In this document: in pieces, positions 1-9,393 of the stretch | Numbering within the stretch: position 1 is the stretch's first letter | How the letters are laid out: each line of letters starts with the position of its first letter | DNA from: Cenarchaeum sp. | GTDB taxonomy: Archaea; Thermoproteota; Nitrososphaeria; Nitrososphaerales; Nitrosopumilaceae | DNA length: 64,000 bases | Direction: 5' to 3' | NCBI GenBank assembly: GCA_963692915.1 | Contig: OY843584.1 | Location: 1,376,001 to 1,440,000 of the forward strand | Translations under genes and position numbers: made by a program | Notes under the pieces: model-generated | Database searches by the model: none | Seen by the model: the letters and a program-made list of their open reading frames with translations, nothing else | What the model was told of the DNA's origin: nothing

Positions 1-275
1 ACCGCGGCCAGGTGATTTCCGTCTGTTAGTGATGCCATTTCCGGGTAGCGCGCATGATCCGATGCGTTTTGGTCAAATTTCGCCTGAGCGTCGAGGCACA
101 GCCGGAGAAACTCTGGAATGCGCCTATCTGGGTCAAGGCCGTGCTTGAGAACCAGATCCAGGATCACGTCGCGGCGCAGTGTGGCGCACGTGCAGGGAGA
201 CGCCTTGATCGCAGCGTCGATGTGGGGGTCCAGGGAGGCGATCAGGCTGCGATCACGCGAATTCGGCGAGCTCAT
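1..275 (-). CDS. Partial CDS running off the window edge; N-terminal ~67 aa paralogous to the ADP-ribosyltransferase-like gene at 15865
   Basis: Manual translation from ATG at 275 gives MSSPNSRDRSLIASLDPHIDAAIKASPCTCATLRRDVILDLVLKHGLDPDRRIPEF..., open to position 1. A TTTTATAT box lies about 25 nt upstream. Confidence 0.65.
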   Translation of the reverse strand, partial: MSSPNSRDRSLIASLDPHIDAAIKASPCTCATLRRDVILDLVLKHGLDPDRRIPEFLRLCLDAQAKFDQNASDHARYPEMASLTDGNHLAA

Positions 276-323
276 TGGCAGTGCCAAAAATTGCCGATAT
301 AAAATATCTGTGGACTGATCGCA

Positions 324-436
324 GTATGGGGTCAGCACCCCTCTGCTCATTTGACCAAATGGGCGTGATCCTGCCCGTCTACTTGTCACTGCGGCGCCTG
401 TCCGGGCATGAACGGGCAGGGGTGCTGACCTCATAC
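324..436. mobile_element. MITE family A copy (~113 bp)
   Basis: Terminal inverted repeats GTATGGGGTCAGCACC / GGTGCTGACCTCATAC; interior similar to 43481-43592 and 12242-12339. Confidence 0.75.
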
Positions 437-970
437 ATCCCGCGGTGCCCGCATGTGCGCGATATTGACGACTGCGCCATGCTCCCCAAAGACCTCGAGA
501 GACCGCGCATGGCGCGCCCCATAGTACAGCATCGCGCACGCCATCGGCGCGCCGTTCCCGCCCTCCCGCCCGTTGACCAGGAACTTTGGGCACGTGTCAT
601 GCAAAAAGCAGATCGCCGTAGCCCTGCCAAACACAAAGCGCTTCCAGTGCCCCGTGTTGGTCGCAACGGGTACTAGCGCCATGATCTCCGAGCCATGCTC
701 GTCATGCGCGTCTGCGCACTTGCGCAGCCAGTCAGATATCCTTGTGCCGCTCTTCCTGTCGGCGCCATAGGAGGGGTTGACATGGATCCTCGCATAGTCC
801 CACGTGTGCTGCAGGCCGTCATCTCTAGGCGGCATGAGCTTTTTGTCGGCCTCCACTATCGAGTGCAGGCCCGAGCACGGATCAAGGCAGATCGTGTCGC
901 CAAACGCACTGCAGACGGCATCGGCGTAGACTTTGGGCGTTCCCCAGTCCTTCTTTTTCGTGATCGCCAC
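431..970 (-). CDS. Phage-type DNA N6-adenine methyltransferase (Dam-like), possibly degenerate
   Basis: DWGTP, LDPCS and DGL..W motifs; catalytic motif reads NPSY instead of NPPY; LVPVATNT..W; stop codon falls inside the MITE end. Confidence 0.7.
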   Translation of the reverse strand: MAITKKKDWGTPKVYADAVCSAFGDTICLDPCSGLHSIVEADKKLMPPRDDGLQHTWDYARIHVNPSYGADRKSGTRISDWLRKCADAHDEHGSEIMALVPVATNTGHWKRFVFGRATAICFLHDTCPKFLVNGREGGNGAPMACAMLYYGARHARSLEVFGEHGAVVNIAHMRAPRDV

Positions 971-1031
971 CCCTGCCCGCAGTCATTCCCGCGGCCCCCT
1001 GTCCCGGAGTCGGCTCATGTAGTTTTGAAGG

Positions 1032-1340
1032 TCAGAGAGTGGCACGGACTCGGGCTATTACGTTAAACCATGACTCAATCTGCCCCATGTTGGACTTGAA
1101 ATGGTCTTCAAGTTCAATATGCGCGTCATGGCCCAATCCTGGTTTTGGTGAATCGGGTTTCCTGTCTTGTTGTCTTTGGCGCAAATAAACCAGAGGCCGC
1201 TGTCGGCCCCCTTCCTCCCGGAGGCCGGCGGTGGCGTCTTGGCGCCGTCCACGCCGGGCGCAGGGCAAGACTGTGCGCCCGCGCTGCGACACCAGGTGGA
1301 TCCTGCGACTTTATGTCCCTGAGGAGCCTTCCTGGTGCCA
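1032..1340 (-). pseudogene. Possible decayed DDE transposase fragment (IS6-like)
   Basis: Two frames give LWFICAKDNKTGNPI and NMGQIESWFNVIARVR, resembling IS6/DDE core motifs; frameshifted. Confidence 0.3.
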
Positions 1341-1738
1341 TTGTGCGATACGGCGCGCCGTGCGTTATTTTTGGGTTGTCGAGTCACGACCCCGGACACG
1401 GGACGTGCGACCCCGATGGGGCGCCACGACCGCTCGCCCGGAAGCCCTGCCGGCCCGAGACCCCCGCATGACCCCCTATGGGTCGCGATGCGCCAGAGAT
1501 CGCCCCGCGTATGTTCGCAGAGCCGTACTTCGTGCTACAGTTATATTTGAATAATGTAATAATGTGCGTCGTTGAACGCACTCCCTCCAACACACTCTGT
1601 GAATCCATTCAGCACATGCGCCACATTGCCGAACTCTTCCAGGCGTCCGTTGTGGGGACTCTGGGGCGGCAATGGTGTGGCCCTCACCCAGGGTCAAGAT
1701 TGTGCCAAGGTCGCATGCTGGCTGCGGGAGGCTCTACA

Positions 1739-2623
1739 ATGACTAGTCGTGTGGAATCGGCAACTAGGCAGTACAGAGTCGCCAGCGAGCGCATGTCCGG
1801 CCCCGTGCTTGCAGACATACCGACGGACAGCGAAAAGGGGTTCCCGCTTCTCCAGCTGAGCAAGGAGCACTGCACGTTTGGCGATCTCGTTATAGACGAC
1901 AGCACAAGGGAGCGCCTCGAGTACATGGTCTCCGAAAACCGCCAGTCAAAGCGCCTTCGCTCATATGGTCTGCTTCCAAAGCAAAAGATCCTGCTGTGTG
2001 GCCCGCCGGGAACAGGCAAGACGATGAGCGCCAGGGCACTCAGCAACGTGCTAGATCGGCCGCTAGTTCACGTGTTCTTTGACGCCGTGATATCGTCATT
2101 CCTGGGCCAAACATCAACAAACCTCCGAAAGATCTTTGATTTTGTGGAAAAGGGGCAATATGTCGTGCTGTTTGACGAGTTTGACGTTGTTGGCAAAAAA
2201 CGTGATGACGAGCAAGAGCTCGGCGAGATCAAGCGCGTTGTCAACAACTTTATGCAGATGGTTGATGGGTACTCTGGATCGAGCATCCTGATCGCAGCGA
2301 CCAATCACGAGCACCTCCTTGATACTGCAATCTGGCGCAGGTTTGACGAGATAATAATGTACAGGATTCCAGACCGTGATTCCAGGAAACTTTTGTTCAA
2401 GAAATACCTGAGCGTGCTCAAGAGGTCAAGTGGCGTAAAGGCCGACGTGCTAGTGGACAGAACCGACGGATACTCTGCAGCAGACATTGCGCAAATATGC
2501 GAGAACGCGTTACGGCGTAGCGTGATTCAGGGGGATTCCAAGGTCACGCCTGATGACCTGATCTGGTCATTTGAGGAGCAAAAGCGGCGCAAGTCTATAG
2601 TGGACGGGATGTGCAGTGGCTGA
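1739..2623 (+). CDS. AAA+ ATPase, IetA-like (start uncertain: 1715 or 1739)
   Basis: Walker A GPPGTGKT, Walker B VVLFDEFD, GEIKRVVN, AATNHEHLLDTAIWRRFD; overlaps the downstream S8 protease gene. Confidence 0.85.
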   Translation: MTSRVESATRQYRVASERMSGPVLADIPTDSEKGFPLLQLSKEHCTFGDLVIDDSTRERLEYMVSENRQSKRLRSYGLLPKQKILLCGPPGTGKTMSARALSNVLDRPLVHVFFDAVISSFLGQTSTNLRKIFDFVEKGQYVVLFDEFDVVGKKRDDEQELGEIKRVVNNFMQMVDGYSGSSILIAATNHEHLLDTAIWRRFDEIIMYRIPDRDSRKLLFKKYLSVLKRSSGVKADVLVDRTDGYSAADIAQICENALRRSVIQGDSKVTPDDLIWSFEEQKRRKSIVDGMCSG

Positions 2624-4922
2624 TGGGTTTGAGCATCTTAGGCTTCGGTCTGAAGGATCGTCAACAATAGCACCTCGTCGATACCCGAGAAAGAAAATAG
2701 ATGACAAAGACCATAAAGACTTTGCAGACCGCGCGCTAAAAAATATACGTTCTCTTTTAAAAGAATATTCCAAGTCTAAAAACCTATTTCCTAGTTATGA
2801 CCAAGATCTTCTTTTTCGTATGCGTGTGCGCAAATATCACGAATCTACGGTCAAACAATCTCTAAAATCCCGTGCCAAATGTAAGCCGATCATTACGCGC
2901 CCAAACGAAAATTCCGATTGGATTGTCTTGGCTGATACTCCGGACTTGAAAGAATTACAAAATGACATAATATCAAGAATTGATAATGACAAGCCTGAAT
3001 ATGTGGGAGCAATTACTGAAATATCTGGAATTGCGCCGTCTGAAAAATTCGGCAATATCTTGCGTAAACATCCACTGGGAAAAACTGAAACTAACTCCAT
3101 TATTGTCACTATTCTAAAAAAACCCGATGATGTTGATGGTTCTAGGCGTCAACAGGCACTAGATCTACTCAACAAGACGGTTCTTGACTCTGAATTTAAA
3201 GTGTATGAGACATTCGTATCCAAAAACCTGTGTCAGGTTCTTGTCGAGGCCAACTCTGACCTGCTGACAAAAATAGCTTGTATAGATTATGTGCACGCCG
3301 TTGATCGTCCCCCAGAATTTCAATTGGGTCAACTCGTCGACCGTTATCCCGGTGATGATTTCCCCACATTAGGTTCCCCCAGTCTAGACGCTCATGGGAT
3401 ACTGGTATTGGATACGGGAGTGATCCGTCATCCTCTGTTAGACGACGTGATCAAGAACGATTTTTCCTTTCTATCACATCCTGATGATCAGAAACATCAT
3501 GGCACCGCCGTGAGCGGGATGGCTGCGTATGCGTCACTAAACGATCGTATTGAATCATCTAATTTTATTCCTGAAGTGTGGATATGCTCCACACAACTTT
3601 TCTATGATAGGCCAAATAGTTCGTTCGCGCATAAGCTTCTAACTACACAAATTACGCAATCACTTAAAAGAACCAAAAATTTGTTTCCCAAGTGTCGTGT
3701 TGTGAACATATCTGTTGTTTCTCTGAATTCTAAAATTAATGATGTTATGCAGTCACCTCTTGCAATTGTAATTGACGATCTATCTGAACAATATCCTGAC
3801 GTGGTTTTTGTCATTGCTACCGGAAACATTGATCCTACAACTTTATCCTCAGACCTGTCTTATCCGGATTATCTCTTTGACGGTGCAGCCGAGACACATC
3901 TGCTTGATCCTGCCACGTCTGTTCATGCGATTACAGTTGGTAGCGTTAAACGTTATACTGATCCACATAACTACTTGCCATCATCAATCACTCGAGTGGG
4001 TCCAGGGTTAAATGACACAGTCAAGCCAGATCTGGTAGATGTGGGCGGAGACATCAAGGATAAAATTGCTGTTCTCAACTCGGTCTACACAGAGCGATGG
4101 TTTCAATTGTCTGCCGGCACTAGCTTTAGCGCTCCCATAGTTGCGAATTATGTGGCAAGACTGATGAATAAGTTTTCTGCCGCTTCGAGAAACTTAATAA
4201 TTGCACTATTGTTGTCTTCTGCAACGTTGCCTGCTTCTTTGCCAGAAACGCCACGCAAACCACAAGATAATCAGAAGAGTGTATTGCGTGTTTATGGCTA
4301 TGGAAAACCAAATATCATAAATGCGATAACCTCTGATCGAAATAGAGTGGTATTTACTCACGACGGCACGATAAAAATTAACACTATAGAATATTTTTCT
4401 ATACGCCTGCCCGATGAGTTTTTTACTAAACGTGGAAGGCGAATTATTGCAGTTACTCTTGTGTTTGACCCCCCATGTAAGCCCTCCATGGCCTCTTACA
4501 TGGGTGTTCGTATGGAGTTTAATCTACACGCTAACCAACAATTAGGTGATCTCAAGAAATCTCTTTCTATTTCTAGAACCGATGATGACGATCATGGTGT
4601 TAACGAGCCTGGTTATGCTGATTTGCCTGATACCGCAGACATTGCTTCGCTCAAATACAAGCCGAGAACACTTGACTTAATCCCAGGCTCCAGGATTCGA
4701 CGTAACGCCAACCACCAAAAAGGTGTTTATACCACTTCTGGCCCACTTAAAATTAATCCTGATTACCCGTTGATACTGGCCGTATCCTGCAAGTCCAGGT
4801 GGAACTCTCTTGATATTACACAACAACGATTTTCTGTTGTAATTACTGTTGAGCATCGTGATGTTTTGTCTCTATATGAAAAAATCGAGTCTGTCAATCG
4901 TATCAGGGCAAAAGTACAGTAA
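2616..4922 (+). CDS. S8 subtilisin-like serine protease, IetS-like
   Basis: Catalytic triad motifs VLDTG, HHGTAVSG and GTSFSAP; VKPDLV; visibly lower GC than core genes. Confidence 0.85.
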   Translation: MADGFEHLRLRSEGSSTIAPRRYPRKKIDDKDHKDFADRALKNIRSLLKEYSKSKNLFPSYDQDLLFRMRVRKYHESTVKQSLKSRAKCKPIITRPNENSDWIVLADTPDLKELQNDIISRIDNDKPEYVGAITEISGIAPSEKFGNILRKHPLGKTETNSIIVTILKKPDDVDGSRRQQALDLLNKTVLDSEFKVYETFVSKNLCQVLVEANSDLLTKIACIDYVHAVDRPPEFQLGQLVDRYPGDDFPTLGSPSLDAHGILVLDTGVIRHPLLDDVIKNDFSFLSHPDDQKHHGTAVSGMAAYASLNDRIESSNFIPEVWICSTQLFYDRPNSSFAHKLLTTQITQSLKRTKNLFPKCRVVNISVVSLNSKINDVMQSPLAIVIDDLSEQYPDVVFVIATGNIDPTTLSSDLSYPDYLFDGAAETHLLDPATSVHAITVGSVKRYTDPHNYLPSSITRVGPGLNDTVKPDLVDVGGDIKDKIAVLNSVYTERWFQLSAGTSFSAPIVANYVARLMNKFSAASRNLIIALLLSSATLPASLPETPRKPQDNQKSVLRVYGYGKPNIINAITSDRNRVVFTHDGTIKINTIEYFSIRLPDEFFTKRGRRIIAVTLVFDPPCKPSMASYMGVRMEFNLHANQQLGDLKKSLSISRTDDDDHGVNEPGYADLPDTADIASLKYKPRTLDLIPGSRIRRNANHQKGVYTTSGPLKINPDYPLILAVSCKSRWNSLDITQQRFSVVITVEHRDVLSLYEKIESVNRIRAKVQ

Positions 4923-5247
4923 TTGTGTTACGGATATGTGGATCGATGGGTATTTTTCATTGCCTAAATGTTGCAGTTGCCAATCCCATGTGCTTTGTCA
5001 ACCTGTGGCATGACATACGTATTTATGCACATGACGCACGTGGTCGCTCCTGTCATGACCCGCTCGCAAGAAATGCACGCCTTTTATGATGTGGTTGGGC
5101 CGTATTATCATGGCCGTGTCGCGCCCGCCTCAACAGCGTGCCATGAACAGAATGCGCACCATGTGCCAATGATGACCATGGCGTGCTGACTCACTTGGGG
5201 GTGCCCGGCATGCGTGTACGGAAAGCTGTGCAGCCCTAGCGCTGAGC

Positions 5248-5538
5248 TCATTGCGTAAATGTCATAACATCGTGTTTAAACTGATATGCGTAGATTGGCT
5301 TGCCGGGGTGCTTGTTCATTGCCTGGAACATTGTGTCATCTAGTTCATCGCCGTGAAAGATCTCCCCATTGCAGACAGACACCACTTGGTGGCGGTACTT
5401 TTGCTCTAGATCCGCCTTTATTCTCCAAAACAGAGCCTTTTGTCTGGCAAGATCCCTCTCAAAGTCTTTACGCGTCATCTTTTTGAACCCTGCCTCCACA
5501 ATGTCCACGGTGCCCTCTTGCCCTGCCCGCACTGTCAT
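5248..5538 (-). CDS. Small DUF5678-like protein
   Basis: LEQKYRHQVVSVCNGEIFHGDELD...KHPGKPIY pattern. Confidence 0.5.
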   Translation of the reverse strand: MTVRAGQEGTVDIVEAGFKKMTRKDFERDLARQKALFWRIKADLEQKYRHQVVSVCNGEIFHGDELDDTMFQAMNKHPGKPIYAYQFKHDVMTFTQ

Positions 5539-5586
5539 GGTTGGGCCATCAGGTGATCTGCATTAGTATGTTTATGCCCATGGCAG

Positions 5587-5618
5587 GCATGAGGTCAGCA
5601 CCGCCCGTTCATGCCTAG
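5587..5618. mobile_element. MITE family A, one end only
   Basis: GCATGAGGTCAGCACCGCCCGTTCATGCCTAG matches one end of the family A copies. Confidence 0.5.
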
Positions 5619-5872
5619 GCGGAGATCTCTAGCTGTTCCTCGTTAAATCCCTCGACAAGACGCCACTCTTGCTCTCTTGGAGTGATCGCCTCGACGATCA
5701 TCTCGGCGCGCTCGATCACGCCGATCTTTTCGGCCTCGGCGATTAGATCCCATATCTCCCTCTCGGAGAGCGGCCCTATAAGCCGCGTTATGATCTCTGC
5801 TGAAGGCGCCGAGCCATAGAGGCGAAGACCCCTAACAATGGCTAGCATACCTTTTTGCTGCGCTGCGTTCAT
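5615..5872 (-). CDS. Small putative winged-helix protein, paralog of 16896-17150
   Basis: 85 aa from MNAAQQ; about 60-65% identical to the paralog (shared IAEAEKIG, IERAEMI, EQEWRLV). Confidence 0.7.
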   Translation of the reverse strand: MNAAQQKGMLAIVRGLRLYGSAPSAEIITRLIGPLSEREIWDLIAEAEKIGVIERAEMIVEAITPREQEWRLVEGFNEEQLEISA

Positions 5873-5918
5873 CAGAGCCAGTGTTGTAATGACGCTTAAA
5901 ATGTAATGTGGAGGCGTT

Positions 5919-6047
5919 ATTGTTTTATACGGAGGGGGCGCTACTCGTTCGAGTTTTCGGCCCTGACCCGTCGGCCTTTCGTGAGCCCCCCTGATCTGCG
6001 CCCTGCAAGCCATCTTGTCCATGCCCCTACTTTTTGCACAAGGCAGT
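5919..6047 (-). mobile_element. IS481-derived MITE (family B)
   Basis: Ends TGTTTTATACG and CTACTTTTTGCACAAGGCAG match the IS481 terminal repeats; internal GGGCGCAGATC. Confidence 0.65.
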
Positions 6048-6182
6048 TCCCCGCAGGCCCGAACACGTTCAGGGGCGCAGGCACCGGTTACCACGGCATT
6101 TCTTCATTCCTTTCGGTCAGCTCGCCCGTCGAGTGCGCCGTGGGCCGGTGCCCGCAGCGCGCCACGGGAGGGCGCGCCTATT

Positions 6183-7406
6183 TTATCCATCGAGCATGTC
6201 CGAGGCGACCCTGGCCGCACGGCGCGCCCCGCCGGCCTCAAATGAGGCGGCAAAGGAGCGCAGTGGGCCGGCAAAGGCGCCCGGCGAGTCGAGCATCGAG
6301 GAGGCCGCCGCGGCGATCTCAGAAGGTCGACGAGCCAAGACGCCGAGGCCGCGGTCCTGGGCCCAGGCGATCTGGTTTGTGTGCTCGTCGTATATGGGAA
6401 CGCCGACTATGGGTTTTGCCTTTAGTCCAAGGACCTCGCCCATCGCAGTGTGCGACCCGTTGAGGACCGCGTGCGAGCACCGGTCAAGGACCGTCTCGCG
6501 CTCGCGCTCTGAGAGGAACGCGACGTCGATCTGCAGCCAGTCAACGCCGCCCTCGAGGGCCTCGCTGACTGTGTGCGTGCCCCCGTCACGGTCAAGGACC
6601 CTGTCGATCGGCGCGCCGGGCCGCGCGTGTGAGACGACGCGCCGGCAGTCACGCATGCGAGAATCGGCAAAGGCTGACTCGTACTTTGCGCCAGTTGCGC
6701 TGTTTGTCGGCCCGTCACCGGTCCGCATCCAGTACCCAAACTCGGCATCACCGATAAGGCGCTCAAGGTCGCCCTCCTCGCCAGACGGCGGTGAGGCGGC
6801 CTCGGCAAAGTGGCCGACATAGTCGACCTTGTGCATGAGCGAGGCAGGCAAGTTGAGATTCCGCTCGCAGATGCAGTTGGGCGGCGCCGAGTCGGCAACC
6901 AGTATGCGCGTTGCGCGCGCGATCTGCCTAGAGATGAACTCGGCGGCCGGGCGCAGGTAAAAGCGGCTCGCATAGAGGCGCGGGCGGAACTGGTTTGTGA
7001 CAAAGACGCACCTTATCGAGCGCCGCGAGGCGATGACGTTGGAGCCCATGTCGCCGTCGTTGATCGCCAGATCAAAGCGCTCGCGGTCATAGAGGCGCGC
7101 CTCGGCGCGCAGATACGAGGCGATCCTGCTAGGAAGCGTCGGACCGCCAACGGGAACCGCAAAGTTGAGCAGCGAGCGCACGAGGCTCGGGCCGGAATCG
7201 CCGCCAATCGGCGTGGGCATGAGTATCTCGTGGATTCGCGACGCGTCATCCGGAAAGCGCGCAAGGAGGCGCGAGAGTATGGGGTCCTTTGACGCATAGT
7301 GAAACTCAATGTCATCGCGAAGCGCACGCAGCTCAGAGTCCAGGCGCATCATGCGCGTATAGTGGCCGCCCCCCCACGGATAGATGAACTCGCATACCTT
7401 GTGCAT
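6183..7406 (-). CDS. GT-B glycosyltransferase (GT28/MurG-like)
   Basis: N-terminal WGGGHYTR; C-terminal NGSHTAMGE..., P.YDEH..Q. Confidence 0.75.
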   Translation of the reverse strand: MHKVCEFIYPWGGGHYTRMMRLDSELRALRDDIEFHYASKDPILSRLLARFPDDASRIHEILMPTPIGGDSGPSLVRSLLNFAVPVGGPTLPSRIASYLRAEARLYDRERFDLAINDGDMGSNVIASRRSIRCVFVTNQFRPRLYASRFYLRPAAEFISRQIARATRILVADSAPPNCICERNLNLPASLMHKVDYVGHFAEAASPPSGEEGDLERLIGDAEFGYWMRTGDGPTNSATGAKYESAFADSRMRDCRRVVSHARPGAPIDRVLDRDGGTHTVSEALEGGVDWLQIDVAFLSERERETVLDRCSHAVLNGSHTAMGEVLGLKAKPIVGVPIYDEHTNQIAWAQDRGLGVLARRPSEIAAAASSMLDSPGAFAGPLRSFAASFEAGGARRAARVASDMLDG

Positions 7407-7412
7407 TGCCGA

Positions 7413-8507
7413 TCATTCACCGCTAGCCAGCGAGTCAAGCGCGTCGTGGACCATGTTCGGCCCGACGCGCAGCGAGATGGTGCGCCGGTCAAGCTCGCGC
7501 GGGCTCGCATGGCTGCGTGACGGGCGAGCCGCGCACGCGCGCTCGATGTGGCGCGCCATTGACCCAATTCCGGCAGCGGCCGCATGCGAGTCGATGCGCG
7601 ACTCGACGCCGGCCAGCGGCAGCGATGCGGCAAGGCCGGCGGCCCGCACGCGCTCGATGAGCGCATCAGAGGTCTCCTCGGCGTGGACCAGCGGCGAGGT
7701 TGGCACGCAGACGCGTCGAATACCAGCACGCCGTGCCGAGTCGATCGCAGCGTCGACTGCAGCGCCCAAAAGCGCCGCGCCGCGCGAGGCTGACACCCTG
7801 ACAATGTCAGCGTCAGTCGAGGCGCGCGGGATCGAGGAGGCTATGCGGCATATCGGGCGCATTAGGCGCGTGCGCGCAGCATCCGTGGGGTGGACCATGA
7901 CGGGCAGGACGTCATGGCCCTGCCGCAGGACCTCGAGCATGGAGACGGCCGAGAGCTCGTCATGGACTGGGCAGGCGACAGGGCCGGCGTGGAGGCCAAA
8001 GGGGACGCCCCCGCGGCCGGCATCCGAGAATATGCTCACGTACGACGCCGAGGGCGCAACGTGCGCGTGGAGGACCCTGTCATGGGCCGAGTCCGTGCCC
8101 GGCCGCGCGCCAGTCTGCGACGCAGACGCCACAATGGCTGACGTCGCGGCGAGCTCGGCATCACGCGGCAGGTATCCGGACGTTTTGCCGCCGACGCGCA
8201 CGACAAAGCGCTCGCCCTTTAGGAGAAGGCTAGAGGCCGTCTGCGAGATGGCCGCGACGAGCTCGGCCATGCCGGTGCCGGCCATGCGCGCTATGGAGAC
8301 CTGCCCGACGCCAAAGAGGAGGCCGACTGCCGAGGACGCAAAGACGGGATCGTCAGCCTCAATGGCGATCACGTCACCGTCGCGGCGAACCGACGTGAAT
8401 CCTAGCGAGCGCGACTTTAGCATCGATTTCACGTTGGAGGCAAGGAGTGCTGCGCGTCGGCGCGAAAAGGCGTTGGGAATGACGGCCACGAGGGCGCTCT
8501 GGTCCAT
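7413..8507 (-). CDS. THUMP-domain ThiI-like protein with degenerate PP-loop
   Basis: THUMP-like FVVRV segment and GRGGVPFG; the SGGxDS motif is replaced by VHDELSAVS. Confidence 0.6.
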   Translation of the reverse strand: MDQSALVAVIPNAFSRRRAALLASNVKSMLKSRSLGFTSVRRDGDVIAIEADDPVFASSAVGLLFGVGQVSIARMAGTGMAELVAAISQTASSLLLKGERFVVRVGGKTSGYLPRDAELAATSAIVASASQTGARPGTDSAHDRVLHAHVAPSASYVSIFSDAGRGGVPFGLHAGPVACPVHDELSAVSMLEVLRQGHDVLPVMVHPTDAARTRLMRPICRIASSIPRASTDADIVRVSASRGAALLGAAVDAAIDSARRAGIRRVCVPTSPLVHAEETSDALIERVRAAGLAASLPLAGVESRIDSHAAAAGIGSMARHIERACAARPSRSHASPRELDRRTISLRVGPNMVHDALDSLASGE

Positions 8508-8595
8508 GTGTGCGCCACGGGGCCCGCGGGCCTGCTTATAACTCAATTAGGCCCCGGGCCTCCCCAAGCCTTTGCGCGGGCTCTCCCATGGGCGC

Positions 8596-9393
8596 TCACG
8601 GTTGCCGGCCATGAAAGGGCAGGCACGAGTCTGGCTCCCTGGCCTGCCCACGGGAGCCAACAAGGCCCTGCAGCGCGCCGCTGCGCTCATGCCTCGCAAT
8701 GCTTCGCCTGATCTTGGCGGTCAGCTCGTGCCTGTGCTTTGGTGCGATGACATCATGCATTTCGTGCGTGATCCTCAGCAGCTCCCTGGAAAACGGGCGG
8801 GTGGTCATGTGCGCCAACGTCGTGTCCGGATGGTCGTCAAGATACTCGGATATGGTATTGAGAATCCGATGGTCAATATCCTCGTTTGCGCTGTTTTCGG
8901 AGAATGGGTAGCGTGGGTGGGGGGTACGAAACCCCGCCAGTGACACGCCGGCATGCAGGGCAGAGGTCACCTTGTCGACCCCAAAGTCTCCCACGCCATG
9001 GACAGAGTCGGTCCCGAACACGATGAGCGGGAGCCCCGTGTGCTGCCGCACCCTGGGCTCGTGCTCGGCGTTTATGGCGTACACTACCGTGTGGCCGGTC
9101 ACCTTGCATGCGGGGCCGACGAGTTCTTGGATCTCTGAGAGCTCCAGGTCGGCATAGGCGGCGTCCTGCGCGAGGTCGATGTTGGGGCCGGCCTTGCATT
9201 CGATGAGCAGGGCGTGGCCAGAGTCAGACACGATCACAATGTCCGGCTTGACGTTCCTGTCCTGGCGCTCTATGGTCCCCTCCACGACCCGCACGGCATA
9301 GCCCAGCTTGGAGAGCGTCCTGGGCCAGTCCCCACGGCCGTCCATGGCGCACAAACCCAGAATCTTGTTTATGACCAGCGCGTGGCTATCCAC
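8596..9393 (-). CDS. PD-(D/E)XK nuclease-like protein
   Basis: KPDIVIV...LLIECKAG...Q...Y motif; start overlaps the upstream gene's stop. Confidence 0.6.
   Translation of the reverse strand: MDSHALVINKILGLCAMDGRGDWPRTLSKLGYAVRVVEGTIERQDRNVKPDIVIVSDSGHALLIECKAGPNIDLAQDAAYADLELSEIQELVGPACKVTGHTVVYAINAEHEPRVRQHTGLPLIVFGTDSVHGVGDFGVDKVTSALHAGVSLAGFRTPHPRYPFSENSANEDIDHRILNTISEYLDDHPDTTLAHMTTRPFSRELLRITHEMHDVIAPKHRHELTAKIRRSIARHERSGALQGLVGSRGQAREPDSCLPFHGRQP

Noticed and set aside
4930-5245. CATG-rich segment as a small gene or a decayed aspartyl protease partner of DUF5678
   Set aside because: No convincing DTG motif or coherent reading frame was found.
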